A stretch of DNA of 64,000 nucleotides from a bacterium (GCA_965203325.1 OZ241875.1:3840001-3904000), one strand, 5' to 3'; positions 9,194 to 18,954 are shown, counted from the stretch's first letter. Program-made: numbers and translations. The notes: generated from the letters alone by a model not told the origin.

Positions 9194-10681
9194 CTAAGAC
9201 ACCACGCCATATTTCTCTCGAAAAGCCTCGACATAGTCTTTGTCCTGACAGATACAATTACCTTTAGAGTCTTTAGCGACTGGATACACTTGAAACCGTT
9301 CCTGCGGCTTGAGTACGTCGAGTTGCGCGATTGTGCTGTGTTCCGGTTCACTCTGACCCAGCCTCACCGCAGCGGCAGCGAGCAGGACGCCGGCCAAGGC
9401 GGACTGGTGGGCTAGTGGGACATGAACATCATCGGCGGGAACACCGATTTCATCCAGCGCAATTACGGCACCACCGCAAAAGCCCTCCGAATACAGATCA
9501 CGCAACGACCGGCCCTCGAAGGGCAAGAGTTTCTCGAGCGCAACGCCGCGCGCTACCGCTATCGCCTCCAGCAAACTCCTTGTTGCACCCTCTTTCTTGT
9601 GAAGCATGTTCCGTACCTCCATCAACTGGTCCGAAACGCCAAACGACTCGGCAATGATTACATCCTCGCTTCTTTGCTGACCATTCGGCTGGTACAGGCA
9701 GTTCACGCACGCACCGTTCGTGAAGTTGTGGACGGATACACCCAAGTCACCTGGCTGAGTCCATGCGTTGGCGATGCGACGGGGCAACGATGCCTGCGCT
9801 GCGCGACGATCATTCGCCGAGTCCAATGCCAAAAGGAGGACATCAGTCCTGCAACTTTCCCTCTCGAGGAATTCTGCCAAGCTGCATCCGTATGCTTCAG
9901 CTTTCAGTGGGCCGGCGAACTTTGCGGCCAAGAACTCTGCCTTAGGCTTGTTCTCTGCGTCTCGTTCGGCCAATACGTAGCGTTGAAGATTGCCTAGGTC
10001 GATCGATTCGTTATCCACAATCTCGATTGCTCCACTAACCTGAGCGCGAGACAGGGCCCAAGCTGTCGCGTTGCCGACGGCACCCGCGCCGGCGAGAACA
10101 AGGCGGCCAACGTCGCCCTTGACGTTGGGGTCGTCCGCAGCCGAGCCACATTCAACCGGAATTGCTAACTCCAGATCATGTTCGAGTTCAACTCCCTGCA
10201 AGTACAGGTGCCTGAACACATCCGCAGCAGCTAGACACGCCGCTAGTCCTGCACCAAACGGGTTATTGCTTTCCCCGCACATCTGCGGGTTACTACTCGA
10301 CAGTTTTGCAGTCCACCCGCTACAACCCACGAAAAGAGTTCGGGGCGCCTTCCGTATTCCGCTCACCGAACCAACGACCACCTCTACCGTCGGCGTCTGC
10401 GACAAGTCGACCCTTGGATTCACTCGCCTCGCCAACTCGGCAGCTTCGCGGCCAGCGCCGCCATTCGACTCATCACGAACCGCTATTGCCGGATACAGAC
10501 GAGCGAACAGCCGTACTAGGAGGTCTACGGCTGCACGACCCTCACTTCCGCTAGCGCTTGACCCTAGGGTCACCCCGACGCATACGTCTCCCAACATCGC
10601 CTCTAGACGCTTTTCGTCCAAACCGGAGATAGCTTGTGCAATAGCAACGGCGTTGCGTCGAAAGTAGTCAGGTGTTGCCAC
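9194..10681 (-). CDS. bilD: Bil system E1-like enzyme (ThiF/MoeB adenylation domain with N-terminal extension)
   Basis: GAGAVG, D..GNLQRY, ALDS; Zn ligands CVNC and CIC; candidate catalytic Cys in EGFCGG; last gene of a Ubl-E2-JAB-E1 operon. Confidence 0.85.
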   Translation of the reverse strand: MATPDYFRRNAVAIAQAISGLDEKRLEAMLGDVCVGVTLGSSASGSEGRAAVDLLVRLFARLYPAIAVRDESNGGAGREAAELARRVNPRVDLSQTPTVEVVVGSVSGIRKAPRTLFVGCSGWTAKLSSSNPQMCGESNNPFGAGLAACLAAADVFRHLYLQGVELEHDLELAIPVECGSAADDPNVKGDVGRLVLAGAGAVGNATAWALSRAQVSGAIEIVDNESIDLGNLQRYVLAERDAENKPKAEFLAAKFAGPLKAEAYGCSLAEFLERESCRTDVLLLALDSANDRRAAQASLPRRIANAWTQPGDLGVSVHNFTNGACVNCLYQPNGQQRSEDVIIAESFGVSDQLMEVRNMLHKKEGATRSLLEAIAVARGVALEKLLPFEGRSLRDLYSEGFCGGAVIALDEIGVPADDVHVPLAHQSALAGVLLAAAAVRLGQSEPEHSTIAQLDVLKPQERFQVYPVAKDSKGNCICQDKDYVEAFREKYGVVS

Positions 10682-10684
10682 GGA

Positions 10685-11170
10685 TCACCCCTCCATTTGC
10701 AGGATGTGCCGAGAATCAGTTGGTGATAGCTCCTCCCATCCATCACGGGACAAACGATATAGCGCGGTATCAGGTCCTCTCACGCCGTACCGGCAGAAGT
10801 CCGGAACCACCAAGGACAAGCCGCCAAGCGTGGTCACCATTGGAAACGCGTCATCCGTATCCGAGTGAAAAGCTTCGGTCGGGTGGGAGTGCACTTGTAC
10901 CGCAAGCCATTCGCCATTCTCGTACAACCACCGATTTAGTCGATCGAGCTCATCCCCCTCCACACAAACACAAAGTCCACTCGCGAATTGGTAAGCGGTT
11001 TGACGGGGATTATGAAACGTCCTGACAAGAAAGCGCTCCTTATCGATAACGCCGCTCCACAGCACGAAATGCTCATTCCGGCCAAGTCCTGCTTCGCGTA
11101 GTACTCGGTCTGTCTCATCACAGATGTGTTCCGGAACAATGAACTCGCAGATTGAACTGAAGGTCTTCAT
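10685..11170 (-). CDS. bilC: Bil system JAB/MPN deubiquitinase-like metallopeptidase
   Basis: N-terminal Glu (NEH) plus QVHSHPTEAFHSDTDD = HxH-x7-S-x2-D-type JAMM motif. Confidence 0.9.
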   Translation of the reverse strand: MKTFSSICEFIVPEHICDETDRVLREAGLGRNEHFVLWSGVIDKERFLVRTFHNPRQTAYQFASGLCVCVEGDELDRLNRWLYENGEWLAVQVHSHPTEAFHSDTDDAFPMVTTLGGLSLVVPDFCRYGVRGPDTALYRLSRDGWEELSPTDSRHILQMEG

Positions 11171-11775
11171 TCTGGTGCCACGCCGAAGTGGAACCCCACC
11201 TGCGGGATCATTTGCACATTGAATCCTACGATTGGTTCCAAGCCGTACTTGGAAACGATTTCCAATAGCCGTATTAGTCGCCCACCACCAGAGGGTCGAT
11301 ACAGTTCCCAGTGGTCTCCGCTATGCGCCGGGTGCTCGTGATACTCCCGGACGCCTGCAACACAAAGAAACGGGATGTCTTCCGGCCCGTACGCTTGCAT
11401 GAGTGGTTGCTGCGGCTGCACGTGCAATTGCACGTTTCCCTGGATCATTGCCGGCGCTTCGCTCCCTGGAAGTGACCGCAGCAACGGCGTGGGTAACTCG
11501 TCACTTCTGTACGGCACACAGGTCAACGGATGCACGAGCCGTACCGAGGGCGGTGCTGCGTCATAGTTCGTGTAGTCGAACCATACCCCGCACACGATCG
11601 CGATTGGTTGCGTCTTCGCAGTTGCGAGAATCACCAGCGCACACGGGAAGTCAGCTCGGACGAGAAACCATCCGCGGCGTCCATACTCTTCGGCCTGCGA
11701 CCGGAATTCGGCTATCTCTCGGTCGAATTTCCGGCGAGAGACAGCTGGGTCTACGAACTGCGCCTTATCCCACAC
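11167..11775 (-). CDS. bilB: Bil system E2-like protein (CEHH family)
   Basis: DYTNYDAAPPSV and FLCVAGVREYHEHPAHSGD (C-E-H-H); overlaps both neighbours. Confidence 0.85.
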   Translation of the reverse strand: MWDKAQFVDPAVSRRKFDREIAEFRSQAEEYGRRGWFLVRADFPCALVILATAKTQPIAIVCGVWFDYTNYDAAPPSVRLVHPLTCVPYRSDELPTPLLRSLPGSEAPAMIQGNVQLHVQPQQPLMQAYGPEDIPFLCVAGVREYHEHPAHSGDHWELYRPSGGGRLIRLLEIVSKYGLEPIVGFNVQMIPQVGFHFGVAPE

Positions 11776-12037
11776 AGCTGCCGCCCACGCCGGCTTTCAG
11801 GTTCAGAAATAACGTCGCCCCTTCCTTAATGCCGGATTGCGATATCTTTGTCCCCATGTCTATGATGGTTCCAGAACCGTCCCGAAGTTCCCAATTTTCT
11901 ATCGGTTGGCCCGAATTGCCCGACTCCTCCAGTGCTTTCGCAGCGGCTTCCCGGAACTCCCACCCTAAGTGGGCCGCCACAGGAACCGGCTGTCCATTGA
12001 CGATGAATTTCAGATCAACGTAATTGTCGCTCATCAC
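11765..12037 (-). CDS. bilA: Bil system ubiquitin-like protein (DUF2604-like)
   Basis: Beta-grasp pattern IVNGQPV..ALEESGNSGQPIENWELRD..LFLNLKAGVGG plus SCVG tail; AGGAGG RBS. Confidence 0.85.
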   Translation of the reverse strand: MMSDNYVDLKFIVNGQPVPVAAHLGWEFREAAAKALEESGNSGQPIENWELRDGSGTIIDMGTKISQSGIKEGATLFLNLKAGVGGSCVG

Positions 12038-12052
12038 GATTTCCTCCTAGAT

Positions 12053-12140
12053 GATGTTCAAGGTGCTCAAGTTGCACACGTCGTACACGTTGCACACGTC
12101 GTACTGTGGGTATTATGCACACTTGCCGCCTCGATTTCAA
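12053..12140 (-). promoter_or_regulatory. Sigma70-type promoter of the bil operon with a downstream 6 x 9-bp repeat array
   Basis: Minus strand TTGAAA (12135-12140)-N17-CATAAT (12112-12117); 9-bp units at 12053-12106. Confidence 0.7.
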
Positions 12141-12504
12141 GAGGGAGGCGCAATGGCCGTCAGATTTCGTGGTCGCGACCCCACAACCGTCCCGGATCCC
12201 ACGACGACACTGCACGGACAGACCCCGCTGCAACAAACGCCCTGCGTTCGCCAGAACGGTCCGTTAGGGCGCATGCACAGGGGACCTCGACTGAACCAGA
12301 TGCAGCAACGCTAGAAGCGTCGGTGCCGTGACCGATCACAGGCTCTGTAATGAAAACAAAACCGCTGCTGATAAGAACGATGCGCCCCGTTTCCGCGTCC
12401 GCGATTTCTTGGGCACGGCGTGGCGGTTCCCGCTCACAGTCGGCCACCTGCGCGCTCTTCACCGTAACCCTGCTGGAAAGACGACAGAGCGCTCCGGTTC
12501 GACC

Positions 12505-13112
12505 CCTACACCTACATTCCCGTCCAGAAGGGCTTCCCGTACCTGGTGGCGGTGATGGACTGGACCATCCGCCGAGTGCTCTCCTTCAGACTCTCCAACA
12601 CCCTCGATGCCCGCTTCAGCACCGATACCCTCACAGATGCCTTGGAGCGCTACGACCCCCTCGAGAAATTTAACACTGACCAAGGCAGTCAATTCATTAG
12701 CCTAAAGTTCATCTCCGTGCTCAAGGACTCCGATGTTGCCATCTCCATGGACCGCACGGGCCGGTGAATGGACAACATCTTCATCGAGCGTCTGTGGCAC
12801 TCCCTCAAGTACGAGGCCGTCTACCTGCATGAGCTCTCGGACGGCTTCCAACCCAAGGAGGTGATTTCCCGGTGGGTGGCGTTTTACAACTACCAGCGCC
12901 ATCACTCGGCCTTGGGGCGTTCCGCCCCTGCCGAGGCCTACGACCGTGGGCTGCCGGCAGATACCCGCAAGAAACCTTTTCGCTCCACCCCCTCTCTCCC
13001 GCTTCCACCGGAACATGACGATGTGTTAAACAGAACCATGGCGGCATGACTTGCTATCCGAAATATACCTTGTTTTTGCCGCCATCCTGTCCTACGATTC
13101 AGAATCACCTCA
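12505..13112 (+). mobile_element. IS3-family remnant (integrase core with in-frame stop, right end)
   Basis: TYIP..YLVAVMDW, FNTDQGSQF, GR*MDNIFIERLWHSLKYE; IR-like end ..ctgtcc..cacctCA at 13112. Confidence 0.85.
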
Positions 13113-13137
13113 CTATTCCGTAGGAGGAAAACGGCAA

Positions 13138-13857
13138 ATGTCCGACGCAGTCAATTTTGACGTCAAATTCGTACCCGCCGGCACGGGACCGGCCGTCTGG
13201 GACGACCCTTACGCCGACCATGTCGTCCACCGGTTCATGCCCCCGGAGCGTAAGCATCCCCCGATGCTCGGCGTCATTCACATGGACGCCGTTCGCCCGA
13301 CCCCGGCGGTCCTGCGAAATGTCGTCGTGACCCTTGCCGAAGATGTAAAAGCAGGCCGATACGGTAGCTGCTCTTTGTTCATTTGCAGCCAGGACGAGGA
13401 CACGCGAAGCGTGATCGGCGATATTGCCGCATCCCAAAACATTGCGGTGTTCCTATGCTCCACTTACTCAGACCTCAAGTATGCGGAACCTGTTGGTGTT
13501 TTGACTGCCAAGGAGCACGAAACTCTCAGTCTAGTCTTCGAAGCCGGTGGGACCGTAAACGCATTGGACCTTGCCAAGCAGATCGGTATCGAGAAAACGG
13601 CTGCGAGCAACCGGTTGGTCTCGCTTCAGAAGAAGGGATTTGTCCTACGTGTCGAGCGTCCACATCCCGCCGGGGACCTTTTCGTTGATCCCCGCGCGCT
13701 CATCGGAGGGGAGACCGAAGCGGGCCCCCAGCTGGACAGCAGGGCGCTGGTCCCTAACCGCACCACCGTCGAGGCCATCGAGGCGGCGCGTCGGGGCGAC
13801 GTCGTGGAACTCGGCAGTCCGGCGGATGCGCTCGCCGATCTCAATAGCGACGATTGA
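13138..13857 (+). CDS. STAS-like plus winged-helix protein fused to a DinJ/RelB antitoxin C-terminal segment
   Basis: AGGAGG then ATG 13138; wHTH LAKQIGIEKTAASNRLVSLQKKGFV; tail LVPNRTTVEAIEAARRGDVVELGSPADALADLNSDD is DinJ-like. Confidence 0.7.
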   Translation: MSDAVNFDVKFVPAGTGPAVWDDPYADHVVHRFMPPERKHPPMLGVIHMDAVRPTPAVLRNVVVTLAEDVKAGRYGSCSLFICSQDEDTRSVIGDIAASQNIAVFLCSTYSDLKYAEPVGVLTAKEHETLSLVFEAGGTVNALDLAKQIGIEKTAASNRLVSLQKKGFVLRVERPHPAGDLFVDPRALIGGETEAGPQLDSRALVPNRTTVEAIEAARRGDVVELGSPADALADLNSDD

Positions 13858-13872
13858 AGAATCCGGTCGGCT

Positions 13873-14172
13873 GTGGCCAGGAACCAGAAAGTCCGTACGG
13901 TCAAACGAACCGCTCAGTTCAAGAGAGATTTCAAACGTGCCAAGCGTGGCGTGCACGGCAGTCATCTTGACGAGACCCTTCTCGAAGCACTCGAACTGCT
14001 GGCGGCGGATGCGCCGCTACCAGATCGCTACGTCGACCATCAGATGAAAGGTCAGTTCAAAGACTGCCGGGACTGCCATCTGCGACCCGACCTCGTGTTG
14101 ATCTACCGAAAACGGGATTCCGACGTTCTGGAACTAGTTCGGCTCGGGTCCCACGCACAACTCGCGATCTGA
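13873..14172 (+). CDS. yafQ: YafQ-family (RelE superfamily) mRNA interferase toxin
   Basis: TAQFKRDFKR, DHQMKG, RDCHLRPDLVLIY, LVRLGSHAQL. Confidence 0.92.
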   Translation: MARNQKVRTVKRTAQFKRDFKRAKRGVHGSHLDETLLEALELLAADAPLPDRYVDHQMKGQFKDCRDCHLRPDLVLIYRKRDSDVLELVRLGSHAQLAI

Positions 14173-14205
14173 GAACACCCGAACACATGCACTGACAGGG
14201 CAACT

Positions 14206-14350
14206 CCGGGCTACGCGAGAGTTTGAATTCATCCGCTTCCGATTTGATTACGTATTGCAGATAGGTAAATCCCCAACGAAGCTTAGAAAAACAAATACCT
14301 GCAACAGTTTCAACAAATTACAAGGATTTTTCGGCTGTTGGAAAATCCCC
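14206..14350 (+). repeat. Module-boundary element, copy A
   Basis: ccgggctacgc..ccgcttccgatttgattac..aaatccccaacgaa..aacagtttcaacaaa.tacaagga. Confidence 0.8.
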
Positions 14351-14402
14351 ATTGCCTGTAAACGGGCATATAGCACGAATGAACGCACCTAAGGGACGGC
14401 AT

Positions 14403-14648
14403 TCATTCTTTTAAACGATATCTCCCAGGACCTTCCTTGATGAATCGCTCTTCTCCTTCGAATTTACTAGATGATTTGCAATACCTGGAAATAGTGCCTC
14501 TCACAGTTGCTTTAAATTCTTTGGGAATGTTTATCCTTTCTTCCTTACATATTTTGAGAACTTCATCGTAAATTTCCTTAAGGTCCGCTACTAGTTTTAA
14601 CCTACGAAGTGCTTTTGCAATAATAATTGCCCACTTGACCCAACTCAT
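14403..14648 (-). CDS. Small basic winged-helix protein (HARE-HTH-like)
   Basis: MSWVKWAIIIAKAL..LKEIYDEV..ATVRGTISRY..GPGRYRL; GAAAGGA RBS before ATG 14648; AT-rich. Confidence 0.55.
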   Translation of the reverse strand: MSWVKWAIIIAKALRRLKLVADLKEIYDEVLKICKEERINIPKEFKATVRGTISRYCKSSSKFEGEERFIKEGPGRYRLKE

Positions 14649-14692
14649 TTTCGTCCTTTCTTTATGGGAAAAAGAAAACCCCCGACCGAAGC

Positions 14693-16036
14693 GAGTTACT
14701 CTCAGATCTAGTTTATGGCCTGAATTGAAGAAGGCGGCACATTCCTGCTGAACCAGTGTTGTCAGAAGCCCGTACATTCAGCACATAGGAAATGCTCCAC
14801 CATACACAAAGATACGACGCTTCCCTTTACGAATCCAGCCTTTCGAAACGAGTTGAGCGAACTGGTGCGCGAGGGCGCGCAGCGAATCATCCGCCAAGCT
14901 GTGAAAGCGGAGTTGGAGGCCTTTCAGGAAGAGCATTCTACCAAGCAAGACACGCGAGGCCGTCGCAGGAGGTTTTGGCGGGTGTCGGTCCAGTGCGGTT
15001 TCGTGTTCCCCGGACGCGGGACAGGAGCGGGGCGGGCCGGTGTTTCCGCTCGGAGTTGTTGCCGCCGTATTTGAAGAATACGAGGCGGGTGGAGGCGGTT
15101 TTACCGTGGCTGTACCTGAAGGGGATATCGACGATCGACTTCGGTGAGGCGCTCACGGCGCTGCTCGGTGAGTCGGTGAAGGGTTTGTCTGCGGTTACGA
15201 TTGCGCGGCTCAAGGGCGGCTGGGAGCGCGACTACACGCAGTGGCGCGAGCGGGACTGGTGCGGGGAGGAGTTCGTGTATCTGTGGGCGGACTGCATCTA
15301 CGTGAACGTGCGCAGCGGGGAGCAACGTTGTCTACTGGTGGTTGTGGGCTGCCACGCGCGTGGCCACAAGCACTTCCTGGCCCTGGAGGCAGGGTTCCGT
15401 GAATCGAAGGAGAGTTGGAAGGCGGTGTTGTTGAGTTTGCGGGACCGGGGCGTGAAGGCGGCGAAGCTGGCGGTGGGCGACAGAGGGCTGGGGTTCTGGT
15501 CGGCACTGGCCGAGATGTATCCCGAGACGCGGGCGCAGCGCTGCTGGGTACACAAGACAGCGAACGTGCTCGAGAAGTTTCCCAAACGCATTCAGGACGA
15601 AGCGAAGACGATGCTGCACGAGATATGGCGGGGCCAACACCCGGATGAATGCACACAAGGCGCTCACACGCTTCCTCGCCATTTGGGAGGCGAAGTACCC
15701 GAAAGCCGCCGAATCCCTGGCGAGGTACCAGGAGGAACTGCTCGTCTTCTACGACTTCCCGGCGGCGCACTGGCAAAGCCTCCGGACGCCGAACCCCATC
15801 GAGTTGACCTTCGCCACGATACGTTTGCGAACGGCGAAGACCAAGAATTGTCTGAGCGAGAAGACGGCGCTGAGCATGGTTCACAAACTCGCCATAAGCG
15901 CCGAGAAGCGATGGTGCCGGCTACGCGGCTTTCGTCATCTGACCGACGTGAGGTTCATCAATGGGGTGAACGAAAAAGAACGGGCAGGAGGACCGCTGGC
16001 TTCAGGACGGCCATACACAAGATTTGACCGTAACTC
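14693..16036 (+). mobile_element. Degenerate IS256-family element (frameshifted transposase)
   Basis: Ends gagttac..gtaactc; transposase split over frames 14853-15074, 14792-16027 and 15645 onward; WADC replaces WADG. Confidence 0.9.
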
Positions 16037-16040
16037 ACCA

Positions 16041-18458
16041 TCAATCTTTTGGTGCCATAGCTATACTAGTTTCGATGCGACGTTCGTAGTAGGCGATTTG
16101 TCGACTGATATCGGGATCTCCTACATTTTCTTCGGCTGTTTTCATTTTTTGTATCGCATCGTTAAATGTATCCAAATCTTTCTTTCGTTTGAATATTTCA
16201 ATTCCAATGTCACAGTAAGTAGATAACATATGCTTGTTTCCTGGATACCTATTCACACCGCTCACCGCTAATTCTCGTGCTCGATCAAGAATTACTAGAC
16301 GATCTTCATCCATAAGACCAGGCGCGTTTTTCGCACGCTCAAGAAAAAGGATTATCCGGTAGCGGTACACTGGCCCATCTTCACCAAAATCCTTGGAAAA
16401 AAGTCTAATCTCAGCTTCCGCTTCCTCAAATTGCCTCATGTCAATTAGGTTCTGAATCAAACGATGACGTGGTACTCTTTCCCCTGGAGCAACGGAGATC
16501 ATTTTTGCGAGCAAGCGATTTTGCTTGTGGCGATCTGCTATACGTCGGATACCAGTATTAACGCTGCAGAGTTGACGAAGTGTTCTCACTTCTATGTCAT
16601 AAATTGGATTAAGTGCACTAATAACCTGTTCGTATAAGTCAAAATAATTTTCCGTTTCGGCAAATTTATAATCGGCTATTATTTCCATGATTACACCGTG
16701 ACGCCCTCGCCAGCCGTAAATACCATCCCGCTCATTGACCACATACTCGCGGACGATTCCGTCCAAATGATCGAGAACAGCTGATATAGTTGTCATGTTT
16801 ATTCCTAATAAGCGAATTATCAACTGCCTGTGGACTCGTATTCCAGAACTTTCGAGTGCAGCCACGATCTTGTATATATCTTGATATTCTGAAGCGAGTA
16901 ATGCGTACTCACGCAAAAGAATGTCATCGAATTTCTCGGTCGCAAAAATGTTTTTAAGGCAGACAAACACATCTCGCTCACACCGTTCTTCAAGGCGGCG
17001 GCGCTGCTCTCCGGCAGAGAAATCCAGAAAGCTAGTATGAACGAGTTCTCGAACTGGAGTGCTGGTCTCAACCAACCGCAAAAGTTCAGTGATTTCATTC
17101 GCATTTAATTTTTCTAGCTCATAAATTTTTGAATTCGAGAATAATGCCGCTGATTTTATTCGGTGGTTCCAGCGATTTCGAGCTGACGAAACAACCACTC
17201 TTAAGTTCTTTATATCTGCGGCCGAAAGGGACTCAAACAAAATGTTGATTTCATGTAAGTGGCTATCACTGTCATCAATAAAGATAGCGCCATTTTTTCC
17301 TTCTTTCTCCAAATTCTTAGCTACATTAAGCCATTCATTGTGAAGAAGTTTATGATCTGACTTGTGTTCCCATAAATAGAAATTTCTCTTGGCTAAACTG
17401 TGCATGATTTGGCGCGCTGTAGTGGTTTTTCCAACGCCACCTGCTCCTAAAATAATTACTCCAAAGTGTTCGTTTTCGATAAGTTGCTTTTCTGCAATCT
17501 GTACTAAAGATCGCATGAACGTATTTCCAGAGGCTATGTCGCCGTAACTAGCCGGCCACCCGTTAAACATTTCACTTACGCGTGGAGGAAGTTGCGAACT
17601 ATGATGTACGTCTATTGTAATTGGAGAGAGGTAACGAGAGGCATCAAGCGGATCACTAGATTCTTCATATGCCGTGACTAAGTCAGGACCATGTTTAGTG
17701 AGGGATGCCGCAAATTCATCAATCCCAGCAAAGCACACTTTGAGTCCACGGATTTCATGCAGTTCAGCCCTTTCTTTGTTGGGAGTGTACATAAAAAGGT
17801 AAGTTGAACGGATGTTCATTGCCTGTTTACTGATAGATAATGCACGATTTACAATCTCTCTGATATATGGATCTGCCAAGGAATATCCGATAATAATTAA
17901 ATCCGCCCCTGCCAAATCTCGTTTTAATGAATCATAAAGATATTCTCGATATTCTTCGGTCAAGCTATAATCATTCTCGGTAATAATTAGCCGTGTCTTA
18001 CTTCCATCAGAAACGTCTTCTTCAATGCTGCCATGCAGTTTCATAAGCCGTAGTGAATTAGGCAACTTATCGGCATCGAAATCAAAATTTGATGCGTATA
18101 CTGCCAATGGTTCATTAAATCGCCCAAACGCTTGCTCAAGTAAATTGTCATAATTTGTTGTATAAATACTCTTCCATTTGAAGCGCGGAATAGTGAGTAA
18201 ACCACCAGTAGGCTCAATCCCAACAAAGAGTTCGCGCACGGCCTTAATCAAGTCCACTCGATTTCGACGTCTCTCTATAATGGCTGAAAGTTCGGGCAGA
18301 TTCAGGTCACTCGATTCGAGATCAAAATGTTGGGCAAGATGGTCACAGATTTGCATTGTACTTGGGGCACCAGATGGGATTGAAGAACCAGAGCCAAAAA
18401 GGAGTACTGTTTGTTCTGGATTGATTTCACTAACTAGTTGATCAATGGGAATTGGCAT
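16041..18458 (-). CDS. SIR2-STAND NTPase-TPR antiviral protein (Avs-like NADase)
   Basis: LFGSGSS, YTTNYD, KLHGS and IGYSLAD (SIR2_2); GAGGVGKTT Walker A; IFIDD Walker B; helical C-terminus; AT-rich; probable start MPIPID at 18458. Confidence 0.85.
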   Translation of the reverse strand: MPIPIDQLVSEINPEQTVLLFGSGSSIPSGAPSTMQICDHLAQHFDLESSDLNLPELSAIIERRRNRVDLIKAVRELFVGIEPTGGLLTIPRFKWKSIYTTNYDNLLEQAFGRFNEPLAVYASNFDFDADKLPNSLRLMKLHGSIEEDVSDGSKTRLIITENDYSLTEEYREYLYDSLKRDLAGADLIIIGYSLADPYIREIVNRALSISKQAMNIRSTYLFMYTPNKERAELHEIRGLKVCFAGIDEFAASLTKHGPDLVTAYEESSDPLDASRYLSPITIDVHHSSQLPPRVSEMFNGWPASYGDIASGNTFMRSLVQIAEKQLIENEHFGVIILGAGGVGKTTTARQIMHSLAKRNFYLWEHKSDHKLLHNEWLNVAKNLEKEGKNGAIFIDDSDSHLHEINILFESLSAADIKNLRVVVSSARNRWNHRIKSAALFSNSKIYELEKLNANEITELLRLVETSTPVRELVHTSFLDFSAGEQRRRLEERCERDVFVCLKNIFATEKFDDILLREYALLASEYQDIYKIVAALESSGIRVHRQLIIRLLGINMTTISAVLDHLDGIVREYVVNERDGIYGWRGRHGVIMEIIADYKFAETENYFDLYEQVISALNPIYDIEVRTLRQLCSVNTGIRRIADRHKQNRLLAKMISVAPGERVPRHRLIQNLIDMRQFEEAEAEIRLFSKDFGEDGPVYRYRIILFLERAKNAPGLMDEDRLVILDRARELAVSGVNRYPGNKHMLSTYCDIGIEIFKRKKDLDTFNDAIQKMKTAEENVGDPDISRQIAYYERRIETSIAMAPKD

Positions 18459-18678
18459 TCTAGTTGTTGTCCTTTTATCCTCGTGCCCACGCCTAGAATA
18501 GAAAAAGGGGATTGAAGTACGTGTGCAAGTTGCTTCTTCATTCAATGCCCATCATCAATTTAATCCATTTTCAAACCAAGTCCAAGTCACACCGTTATTT
18601 GCCATTTTTTGGTTTCACATGCCAATTCAATTGAGCAAGTGATGTATATAATTCCCTAAATTTTTCTTAGTCAATGGA

Positions 18679-18760
18679 ATGGCCGAGAGCTTCTTCGCCA
18701 CGCTGGAGTAAAAACTCATCGATCGAAGTTCGTTCTACACTTAGGCCGAAGCGCGTATAA
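18679..18760 (+). pseudogene. Tiny IS3-family integrase fragment
   Basis: MAESFFATLE*KLIDRSSFYT*AEAR. Confidence 0.65.
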
Positions 18761-18954
18761 GGGTATCCACACTGCTAGCCTCGTGTCTCGTTTATAAGTT
18801 CATCGTCGCTGTGATCGACTACGCCGCACGTGCGAATGAGAAGCGAACCCTTGGTGCCTGAATGAACGTTGCCAGACACTGGAACGTAGTCATGATTAAG
18901 CCGCTTCGAGCTGGATTTTAGAGGTCGATCCGACAGAAGTATACGTTCGGTCGC

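Noticed and set aside
8707..9351. 214-aa ORF as a real gene
   Set aside because: Chance read-through joining off-frame bilD sequence to the IS256 remnant
9194..12037. CBASS type II (Cap2/Cap3) or a ThiF/MoeB cofactor pathway
   Set aside because: No CD-NTase or thiamine/molybdopterin genes; a free Ubl plus a CEHH protein fits Bil
12053..12106. CRISPR array
   Set aside because: 9-bp tandem units without spacers; no cas genes or repeat-spacer arrays seen in the window
13051..13137. N-terminal extension of the 268-aa ORF
   Set aside because: Lies mostly within the IS3 right end; the RBS supports ATG 13138
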